A stretch of 42,384 nt of DNA from a virus. The stretch covers positions 1 to 42,384 of the IMG/VR virus record IMGVR_UViG_3300017446_000008; one strand, given 5' to 3'. The notes beneath the pieces are model-generated. The model made no database searches. It saw nothing but the letters and a program-made list of their open reading frames with translations, and was not told the DNA's origin. The translations under genes were made by a program, and so were the position numbers. Positions 20,162 through 27,867 of the stretch are shown here, piece after piece (positions within the stretch are counted from its first letter, which is position 1; every line of letters begins with the position of its first letter).

Positions 20162-21928
20162 TTAAACAAACAACCCAGAGTTTATACCTGTACGGGAAAT
20201 AAACCTATGACCTTCTGGTGTAAAGTGACTGCCATCTGGCGACATCATCACAGACGCGTTAAAATTAACAGTAGCATCTAAATATCTGTCCCCGGGACGT
20301 GCAGCCTGAACCATTGCATTAAACTGTGTTTGATCTGCAGATGTGGCCGGTACAAATATGTGAATAATAGTAGCTCCAGTGGCAGCATATTTATCACGTA
20401 TAGAAAGATAATTGGCAATTGCAGTGTTTATAGGAACACTTCTTAGCAAATCATTTAAACCTAATAACATGCCTACAAATTTGCCAGTACACAATGCTAT
20501 CTGGTTATCAACAGCAAGTAACGCATCTTTAGTTTCATCACCACCACCAGAGAAAACAGCAAAGGGCTCATTATAGTGATTACATATTAAATTGGCAAAT
20601 GTTAGCGATTCATCTTTTGAAAAAGATCCATTTACCCGACTATCGCCTACAATAATTCTTGACACGAATTTAGGAGTTGTTGTATATACCCTAACCCTAT
20701 TTATTTGTATTGGGCCACCTACATAGTAAATACCCAACTGAGAGGTGTTGTTATTAGCCCATCCAAAACCTGTACTGTTACCATTTTTAATAGTTTTACG
20801 TATAGGGTTTAAACTCGTAGTTGCTGTACTTAAAGGCATTGCTTTTTGAGCATTAAATCCCTCTGCTGTGTAGGTGTTCTTATTTCTAATTAACCTAACT
20901 GTAAGCTCATCGCCGGCCGCATGTGCCGCGCCATTTATAGCATCCCCACCACCTAAAGATGTATTCAATTCAGGATTAATAATCCCTATTGTACCTGGTG
21001 ATAAATTGGAAAATCTAGCAACAATTGACTGTTTACCGGCAGTTACACTGTTAGTAGATTTAAACCCAACGGCTAAACCATTAGTTGTGGTAGAGGCGCC
21101 ATTTACTTGAGTGTATGTAACTTCAAATACAATGTTTTCATCGTTATAATATTTGTTATTGAGTAGTAGTATTTTATCAAACGATGCTGCGGATGCACTT
21201 GTTAAAACAATTTTTCCATCTGTAATAGATGCTTGCAAATCTCCACTAATTGTAAAATCGTTTAAATCATCCCACCAGAACTGGTCGTATATTAAAGATT
21301 GGCCTGTCGTAACAGCTTTTTGAACTGCCGCACGTGCCATAGCGTCTGTATAAGCTGTCGCGTTATCTGCAATTGAAGCAAGTTTTGTTACATTGGCATT
21401 GGTGAAATCATTAGTACTTAATCCCTTACCAGATATTTTCGGCTGCAATCCAGATAAATCCTGGTCTCCGGTATTTGTACCTGTTATATTATTTAATTTG
21501 TTAAACTCTGCTGTTGTACCTAATCGACTACCAGGTACTTTGTCAACCTTTGAATCAATTGATGAATTAACTTGGGTTACAAATAAATTATAAGTATCAA
21601 TGTTTACTTTTGTTGATAATGCTTGAGCGACGTTAAAACCTTCCGGTGTATTTGAAAATGCAGTTAATATTTCATCAATTGTATCTAAAAAAGATGGATC
21701 ATCGGCTTTATCGATTACAATAGCCTTTATAGCCTCTAAATCCGATGACTGCTGATCTGTTATAAGCGATTCGCCTAATGCTTTATCAACCTTGTTTTGA
21801 ATAGCCAAAGCTACTGCTGCTGCATCGTCAATGCCACCATTTGCAGCATTTTTAAGTTGGTTAATATCGTCGGCCGAAACCGTACCGCCGGTTACTTTGT
21901 CATCAAATGTTGCTTTAGTTGCTGCCAT
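20162..21928 (-). CDS. Tail fibre / receptor-binding protein with a C-terminal SGNH (GDSL) esterase domain
   Basis: 588-aa ORF. The N-terminal fibre repeats are KVDKALGESL, KVDKVPGSRL and KISGKGLSTNDFT. The C-terminal SGNH blocks are IVGDSRVNG, SGGGDET, LLGLNDL and SPDGSHFTPEGH. Confidence 0.7.
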   Translation of the reverse strand: MAATKATFDDKVTGGTVSADDINQLKNAANGGIDDAAAVALAIQNKVDKALGESLITDQQSSDLEAIKAIVIDKADDPSFLDTIDEILTAFSNTPEGFNVAQALSTKVNIDTYNLFVTQVNSSIDSKVDKVPGSRLGTTAEFNKLNNITGTNTGDQDLSGLQPKISGKGLSTNDFTNANVTKLASIADNATAYTDAMARAAVQKAVTTGQSLIYDQFWWDDLNDFTISGDLQASITDGKIVLTSASAASFDKILLLNNKYYNDENIVFEVTYTQVNGASTTTNGLAVGFKSTNSVTAGKQSIVARFSNLSPGTIGIINPELNTSLGGGDAINGAAHAAGDELTVRLIRNKNTYTAEGFNAQKAMPLSTATTSLNPIRKTIKNGNSTGFGWANNNTSQLGIYYVGGPIQINRVRVYTTTPKFVSRIIVGDSRVNGSFSKDESLTFANLICNHYNEPFAVFSGGGDETKDALLAVDNQIALCTGKFVGMLLGLNDLLRSVPINTAIANYLSIRDKYAATGATIIHIFVPATSADQTQFNAMVQAARPGDRYLDATVNFNASVMMSPDGSHFTPEGHRFISRTGINSGLFV

Positions 21929-22275
21929 TAGGATAATATAAAAGGTAATGTATAAGGCAATTGATTGTTTGTTGGGGTAGTTCCAGATTGAGGTGCACCA
22001 ATGCCCAACGAAGTAAAGTATTCCATTATGGCTGAAATATTGCCAACTTGGGTACCATCTTGCTTTTGTATTTGAGAAGGGTAAATGTTATCGAAACCCC
22101 TGCCCTGATATAACAGAGAAACTCTATCATTTTCAGGAAAATTGTCGTTAAATTTTTTGTACTCGTCAATAAATAATGATGGATTTCCCCTTATTAGTTT
22201 TCCGTTTACAAAATCTATATATAAAATTCCAGTGAGTAGATAAACCTTAATAGTTAGCGGTGTGTAGCAATTCAT
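21928..22275 (-). CDS. Hypothetical protein upstream of the fibre gene (structural or assembly role?)
   Basis: 115-aa ORF with a stop/start overlap with the fibre gene. Confidence 0.55.
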   Translation of the reverse strand: MNCYTPLTIKVYLLTGILYIDFVNGKLIRGNPSLFIDEYKKFNDNFPENDRVSLLYQGRGFDNIYPSQIQKQDGTQVGNISAIMEYFTSLGIGAPQSGTTPTNNQLPYTLPFILS

Positions 22276-22301
22276 AACCGAAGATAAGGAATATTGAATA
22301 A

Positions 22302-22748
22302 TTAATTTAACGGTTTTATTATATTGGGCCTTTTGAATATCCTGCCTAATATCGCTAAGCCAATATAGGCTAATAACATTGTATATCTATCTGATACTCT
22401 GCCAAAAAGCATTACATCAGGGGATTCAATTTTGTATATAAAATAGCTAAAAATTCCGGTAATAAAGGCAAAGGTGTTTGCCGCCAAGAGGAAACCAGTT
22501 ATGTAAAACATCCAAACATGAAACATTTTAGCAATATTATCTAACTTGTTTTTTACAGCTAGCTTAACAATTTCTATTAAAGAAATCAGCCCTGCTGCGT
22601 AATCATCTTCTAATTTTATATAATCGAGATCTTTTTCATCTGATTCGATGTTTTTAATTTGTAAACGATGATATATATACGATGTTATCAATACAATAAG
22701 TATAAATATGTTGAAAAGCGTTACTGAAAGGCCAAACGTATAATTCAT
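22302..22748 (-). CDS. Polytopic membrane protein (about 4 TM)
   Basis: 148-aa ORF with hydrophobic stretches LSVTLFNIFILIVLITSYIY, VWMFYITGFLLAANTFAFITGIFSYFIY and YTMLLAYIGLAILGRIF. Confidence 0.6.
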   Translation of the reverse strand: MNYTFGLSVTLFNIFILIVLITSYIYHRLQIKNIESDEKDLDYIKLEDDYAAGLISLIEIVKLAVKNKLDNIAKMFHVWMFYITGFLLAANTFAFITGIFSYFIYKIESPDVMLFGRVSDRYTMLLAYIGLAILGRIFKRPNIIKPLN

Positions 22749-23197
22749 GATTTCTTGATATATTGTGAAACGTCTACTTTTTGCCCAGCTAAAATTATAA
22801 AAGGTAAAGCTAACACAACCAATAGTATGATTAGTATATCAAATAGCGTGACAAAACCATCACCCATAGCTATTTTAATGGAAAGTGTTGTTTTTACCCC
22901 AGGCATAAAGTTGAGAAATAAGATTGCACCTATAAAGCCATAAACAACACGCTGAGAAATAAGCTGTGCCAATAACAACCATTTAGGAAGTTTAACTTCA
23001 TCGTCAAGTTCTTCAATCGGGTTGTTAGACATTATTTGAGATTTACTTACTTTTCTTATTTTTTTATCTAATACAGACCAGCCGACTAATACGGTGGTTA
23101 TTACAACTACATTGGTTCTTAGCCAGTCCCAAACATCGCCCAACCACCCTGCCGGTTCATTTCTCATTGGTTTTAAATAAACCATGCCTTTGACCAC
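22745..23197 (-). CDS. Polytopic membrane protein (about 3 TM)
   Basis: 150-aa ORF with VVVITTVLVGWSVL, VVYGFIGAILFLNF and FVTLFDILIILLVVLALPFIILAG. An alternative ATG at 23167 shortens the overlap with the upstream gene. Confidence 0.6.
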   Translation of the reverse strand: MVKGMVYLKPMRNEPAGWLGDVWDWLRTNVVVITTVLVGWSVLDKKIRKVSKSQIMSNNPIEELDDEVKLPKWLLLAQLISQRVVYGFIGAILFLNFMPGVKTTLSIKIAMGDGFVTLFDILIILLVVLALPFIILAGQKVDVSQYIKKS

Positions 23198-23525
23198 TTA
23201 TAATAACTATAAATGATGCAATAGCTATGGAGCAATTAAATATAATTAATTTAGTAATATTATCTATGCTGCAGGTTATATAATATGCAGACATTTGAAA
23301 TAGGTTTAAGATTAATGACAAAAACGCAATTTTGTAGAATTGGACGTGCCAATATTCATCACATTTATATTGCCCATCAACATAAACGAAGGTAGAAAAC
23401 AAAGCAAATGTTAAATTTACCCAAATCCTACTATTTTGAACAGTGCAATCTATAACTTTTGCAAGGAATAAACTATATGACAATACATATAATAAGGTTA
23501 CAAAAATCGTAAGTTTTGTTCTCAC
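23157..23525 (-). CDS. Polytopic membrane protein (about 4 TM)
   Basis: Hydrophobic stretches LTIFVTLLYVLSYSLFLA, VNLTFALFSTFVYV, IAFLSLILNLFQMSAYYI and IIFNCSIAIASFIVIIS. The start is taken as the GTG at 23525, overlapping the TAG of the upstream 59-aa ORF. The track's GTG at 23555 is also possible. Confidence 0.55.
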   Translation of the reverse strand: MRTKLTIFVTLLYVLSYSLFLAKVIDCTVQNSRIWVNLTFALFSTFVYVDGQYKCDEYWHVQFYKIAFLSLILNLFQMSAYYITCSIDNITKLIIFNCSIAIASFIVIISGQRHGLFKTNEK

Positions 23526-23704
23526 TATTTTCCGATTCCAGGATCGTCTACACACTCTCCTTTATTGTTTCTTATCTGTCTTGGGTCGGGGCAGGCCGGC
23601 AAACCCAAAGTACTTACATCGCCTCCATATTTAACATATTCTTTCGTAAGTGTATTTAAGACCGTGATGTGCTGTTTAATTAAGCGTTCTATAAATTCTT
23701 TCAT
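23525..23704 (-). CDS. Hypothetical 59-aa soluble protein heading the membrane-protein cassette (below the track cutoff)
   Basis: Manual translation: MKEFIERLIKQHITVLNTLTKEYVKYGGDVSTLGLPACPDPRQIRNNKGECVDDPGIGK. The ATG is 20 nt after the stop of 23725..24897. Confidence 0.45.
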   Translation of the reverse strand: MKEFIERLIKQHITVLNTLTKEYVKYGGDVSTLGLPACPDPRQIRNNKGECVDDPGIGK

Positions 23705-23724
23705 GCCCCTAAGTTACAAAATAT

Positions 23725-24897
23725 TTAAATAGCTGAATAATTAATAGTAACCGAACCTGCTGTAATTGAAGATAGTAACAGCGTAACCAAACTAGCTAAA
23801 TTACTACCTAATGCAACCCCAACACCAATACCGTTATTAAAGTGCATACCGTCCCCTAGATTTGGTGAAAATACCGCGCCGCCGGGCACTACGTAAGCAT
23901 GTATAAAAGTATCTGTGTTTTTAGGTGTTGCCGATAAATCATATATCATCACTATAACAGGGCCTGTATTAGTATTGGTTATACTAAATTCACCTAATTT
24001 TCGCATTCCCGCTGACAATAATTGCAGTGCACCGCTACCTGAAGGCTGGTAATAACCACGTATGGTTAAACCTCCCGTTGGTGAGGGATTTGCAATAACA
24101 GGTATAGGGCTTGCTGAATCGTTGTTAACTTTAACTGATCCGCTAATTGGTTGAGTGGCTTGGTAGAAATTACCAGCTACATTGAAAGGTTTTGTCTGTG
24201 TACCATAAGGTAAATTGTTTCCATCAACCAATTGTGTGGTTTGCGTTCCATTGGTTAATCTTTGATATACACTACTCAACCATCCTCTTATCCCAGAACC
24301 ACCAGCCAAAGGGGATACTGCAGTGGCATCGGTTCCGTTATCAGGCCCCGCTGTAGGATTGTCAACCGAAACGCGCATTGCATTATTTACACGGTAAATA
24401 AAATCATATACGCCGTTAGTATCCTTAGCTTGCAAAACTGTTTTAGTGACCATTGCAAGCCTTGTATCAGCTAAATCATCAAGCAATGTTTCTAAAGATG
24501 GCTGTGCTTGAGTTGTAAGAAGTTCAGCCATAAAGCTAAACTCTTTTTGGGCTGTACTTCCGTTGGTATATGTTAATCTGGCAAAAGAAGCCCGTGGCGC
24601 AAATGCCCCAACTCGAGGTAATTTGCCTGCAAACTTAGAGTCAAACCCTACTGTTATGGGATTAGCAGATATTTTATTACCATCCTCGCTCCACTCTATT
24701 TTTAAGCTACCTACCTGATCTGAATAAAGAAAGAAAAATAAAGTAATGTAGCCGGATGTGGGAAACCAATCAATTACATACGTGGCATTCGGGGCCAATG
24801 GAGAGGGTGGCATATTGTTAGAAACCCTTCCACTAACAGGTACATTTACCGGACTGCCCATAGGGTTAGTACCTATATTTTCTTTAATCAATGACAT
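23725..24897 (-). CDS. Tail/baseplate structural protein (function unassigned)
   Basis: 390-aa ORF in the distal tail module, with Gly/Asn/Thr-rich composition typical of fibre or baseplate proteins. Confidence 0.55.
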   Translation of the reverse strand: MSLIKENIGTNPMGSPVNVPVSGRVSNNMPPSPLAPNATYVIDWFPTSGYITLFFFLYSDQVGSLKIEWSEDGNKISANPITVGFDSKFAGKLPRVGAFAPRASFARLTYTNGSTAQKEFSFMAELLTTQAQPSLETLLDDLADTRLAMVTKTVLQAKDTNGVYDFIYRVNNAMRVSVDNPTAGPDNGTDATAVSPLAGGSGIRGWLSSVYQRLTNGTQTTQLVDGNNLPYGTQTKPFNVAGNFYQATQPISGSVKVNNDSASPIPVIANPSPTGGLTIRGYYQPSGSGALQLLSAGMRKLGEFSITNTNTGPVIVMIYDLSATPKNTDTFIHAYVVPGGAVFSPNLGDGMHFNNGIGVGVALGSNLASLVTLLLSSITAGSVTINYSAI

Positions 24898-24898
24898 A

Positions 24899-25318
24899 TT
24901 ATAAAACTATATAGTTGCCGTTATTATCCCTTTGTTGAACCTGTAAGCTTTCACCATTATTCAATATGACAGAAGTTTGAGTATCAATCTGGGTTGCCGT
25001 TAAAGTTACGTTACCTCCACTCAGATTCTTAAAGTTTAATATTTTACCTTGGGTTATGTTTGGGATATTTTGAGTTATACCTGATTGCGTAAATATGATT
25101 GTAAAATCAACTGCTGTTATCGTTGTAGCCGTTGTAATCGGCCTTATACTTGATGATTGCCCCATCAATTGAGTGGATGAGCCACCCAACCTAAAAGCCG
25201 GGTAATTACGTTCAGGAACCAACCATAAATCACCATTCGGCGCAACATACATCACGCTTTGTATATTTTCAGAGCCTTGAGGTAATATACCAGTGTTTTC
25301 GTTAATTTGCTTTGCCAT
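24899..25318 (-). CDS. Tail/baseplate structural protein (function unassigned)
   Basis: 139-aa ORF in the tail module. Confidence 0.5.
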   Translation of the reverse strand: MAKQINENTGILPQGSENIQSVMYVAPNGDLWLVPERNYPAFRLGGSSTQLMGQSSSIRPITTATTITAVDFTIIFTQSGITQNIPNITQGKILNFKNLSGGNVTLTATQIDTQTSVILNNGESLQVQQRDNNGNYIVL

Positions 25319-25320
25319 TA

Positions 25321-27087
25321 TTATACTGCTTCAAATCCAGCTTCAATTATAAATAAAGTATCAGCCGAATCAGCTAAATTAGTTATAGTAATTACTTTTA
25401 TTCCTGGATAAAATACAGCACCATTAAATAAATAATGTTTGTTACCATCAAGATTTCCAGCCGTAACCGTATTGTCTGTAAATGTCTGTGTAGGGTATTT
25501 AATGATAGTACCATCTCCATAAGCTACAGTATATTTAACATTTTGTGTTGATCCCGAAGCCTGTTTAATATACATTTTACATGCCTGGGTAACTTCAAAA
25601 CAAGCCACACCGGTATTTGTACCTTTGTTAATTACAGTTAACCACCCGTCAGCACTAAATGCGGGATTATTGATGCTTCTTGCACCAGTAGTGATAAAGT
25701 TTGTTATAGCGGTGTATATTCTACCAGGATAGGCCTTTGGTAAATTGTCACCATTAGCGGCTATAACAGCAAAATCCATAGGTGCTACTTCTGCATATCC
25801 ATTAGGGCTTTTATGTGGGTCATTAGGCTGGAATTGACTATAGCCAAGCCATTGTGTTTGCTTAGCAATATCATTATATCTTAAATTATACCGTGCAGCT
25901 AATTCTTGAATAGCACGATTGTACTTTTTCATAAACTGCTGCTCGTCTACGTTTATAACATCTTGTATTCCTTCTAAAACTACCATGTCGCCTAAAGCCA
26001 AGCGCATAAGTATAAATTTTTCCAGGTTAGCCTTAAATGTAGTTATAGGTACTTGAGTGAAGCCTTCGTTTGCACCGTATTCAATAAATGAAATATCTGC
26101 AGCGGGAACATTTGCCCACCTTGTTAAGGCATCCGATACTGTTCCACCACTGTAACCACGGTTATTTACAGTTATTTGCGTGTAACCTATATTATTACAT
26201 ATAGTTTTGAGAGATTTAGGTGTTGGAGTAGCACTTATTTTAGCACTTGGATTGTTTCCTATTCCGGCTGTTCCGTTTTGATTGTCCAATCCTTCTGTAA
26301 AACTAGTCCCAAACTTTTCAATTGTTAATGGGGAAAATGTTCGCCATTTCTCAAATACCCTATCTTCGTTAGTTTCAAAGTAGGGTTGCAAGCTCCTATC
26401 AACAACACCAGATATTGAGAAAGTAAAACTATTGCTTTTAACATTTGTGGTTATTGTTTTAGCAATTATTCCGGCCGAAGGGACAGGAAAATCAATCCAA
26501 ACCGTGCCGATTATTAAATACCTTTCTACCCTATAGGCAGGCATAGATTCATTAAAAACCAAGAAAACATGCCCATTGGTTGTATCAAATACATAATAAT
26601 TTAACCCTGCAAAGTCTGTTTTACTTGTAACGCCTGGGTATGTGCCAGATTCAATGAATTTAACAGAATCACCCCACGCCACAAAGCCAGCACCTGTTGT
26701 TGTTACTGTTATAGATCCAGTGTTGGGATTTAAATCAATGATGCACTTACCATCTTTGCTTGTGACTAAATAAGCGACGTTATCATTTATATTTGGCAAA
26801 ATAGGCAACCCTACATAACTCCAACCTGTACCATCCGATATAATGACGTTAAAGTTAGCAGTCAGTACTATGTTAGCACCATTAGTTGTATACGTTCCGG
26901 CACCAGCTATATAGACATGTCTTATTGTTGGCGCGCCTAAAGCTTTATTGGCTGGTGCAATTTCTAAATTCAATCCCATAACCAAGGGCACAAGTCGATC
27001 ACGCAATTCTGGTAACTGCGCAGTAATGGTACTTATAATCAATCCTAAAACCTCTGCCTGATCCGTATATGGTGGTTGTTCTGCCAT
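25321..27087 (-). CDS. Tail fibre/spike protein with a central SGNH-like esterase domain
   Basis: 588-aa ORF with FGTSFTEG (block I with Ser), VNNRGYSGGTVSD (block II), IEYGANEG (block III) and NDPHKSPNGY (block V-like). Confidence 0.55.
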   Translation of the reverse strand: MAEQPPYTDQAEVLGLIISTITAQLPELRDRLVPLVMGLNLEIAPANKALGAPTIRHVYIAGAGTYTTNGANIVLTANFNVIISDGTGWSYVGLPILPNINDNVAYLVTSKDGKCIIDLNPNTGSITVTTTGAGFVAWGDSVKFIESGTYPGVTSKTDFAGLNYYVFDTTNGHVFLVFNESMPAYRVERYLIIGTVWIDFPVPSAGIIAKTITTNVKSNSFTFSISGVVDRSLQPYFETNEDRVFEKWRTFSPLTIEKFGTSFTEGLDNQNGTAGIGNNPSAKISATPTPKSLKTICNNIGYTQITVNNRGYSGGTVSDALTRWANVPAADISFIEYGANEGFTQVPITTFKANLEKFILMRLALGDMVVLEGIQDVINVDEQQFMKKYNRAIQELAARYNLRYNDIAKQTQWLGYSQFQPNDPHKSPNGYAEVAPMDFAVIAANGDNLPKAYPGRIYTAITNFITTGARSINNPAFSADGWLTVINKGTNTGVACFEVTQACKMYIKQASGSTQNVKYTVAYGDGTIIKYPTQTFTDNTVTAGNLDGNKHYLFNGAVFYPGIKVITITNLADSADTLFIIEAGFEAV

Positions 27088-27776
27088 TATTTAAAGTAAA
27101 ATATAGTTAAATTGTATTCTATGCCTTGAATTAAGTTTTGTTTGTTTAAAACAATAGTTGTATCGTCAAAAAAGTAATCTATTGCCGGGCTAATTGATTT
27201 ATTGTTAAGTGTTGACCCACCCTGTACCTGTCGCGGTCGGAATGTTAAATCCTGCACATTATTTGTGCCATCGTAGGTGAAAATAATAGTGTCAAAATAT
27301 GATTCCAAGTCCGTACCTGTTAAAGTTAATTTACCCTCGCTACCGCTTTGATCTGGCTCTAAATTGGCCGTTTTTAGCAATTTAAAATTAGGTTTACCCT
27401 TTCCTATCATGCTGTTATTAAAAGAACTTAAAGCATCCATAGGGCTATCATAGCTACCAGATGTTACTAGTAGGGTTCCGCTCCATTCCATGTTGACCTC
27501 ATCACTAAACCACCAAATGATGGGCAGCCCGCTAATTAAAGCTGTATGCAATATCATGGCGTTACCAGGAACAGCGTTTAAGTTACCGCTAACATCAATC
27601 GTGTAACCAGCCTTACCCGCTAAATAATCTCTGAAACCACCTAAGCCACGTCCTGTAACCTCTTTAGTATCGCGGCTAATATTTAAAGTGCAATCTTTAG
27701 CATAACAAACGTTTTTGCGCTGACCATTAACCACAACAGCTAAATTAAAATCTTTGCCTTTTATTACGTTTGCCAT
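27087..27776 (-). CDS. Tail-tube-fold-like protein (possible distal tail / baseplate hub component)
   Basis: 229-aa ORF. The N-terminus MANVIKGKDFNLAVVVNG....CYAKDCTLNISRDTKEVTGRG...YTIDVSG follows the same pattern as the major tail protein N-terminus (GVNGKVYLVRTQTG...). Confidence 0.4.
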   Translation of the reverse strand: MANVIKGKDFNLAVVVNGQRKNVCYAKDCTLNISRDTKEVTGRGLGGFRDYLAGKAGYTIDVSGNLNAVPGNAMILHTALISGLPIIWWFSDEVNMEWSGTLLVTSGSYDSPMDALSSFNNSMIGKGKPNFKLLKTANLEPDQSGSEGKLTLTGTDLESYFDTIIFTYDGTNNVQDLTFRPRQVQGGSTLNNKSISPAIDYFFDDTTIVLNKQNLIQGIEYNLTIFYFK

Positions 27777-27783
27777 TCCTTAC

Positions 27784-27815
27784 CAAAGATAAATTATGAT
27801 AACGATATAACCAAA
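27784..27815 (-). promoter_or_regulatory. Promoter candidate TTTG-N20-TATCTTTGGTAA inside the tail module
   Basis: Minus strand: TTTG (27815-27812), 20-nt spacer, TATCTTTG (27791-27784), then 7 nt to the ATG at 27776. Confidence 0.6.
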
Positions 27816-27867
27816 TTGAATAAGCATATGAAATTTAGTTATAATAGGCGCGAGGTGTACCGGATTT

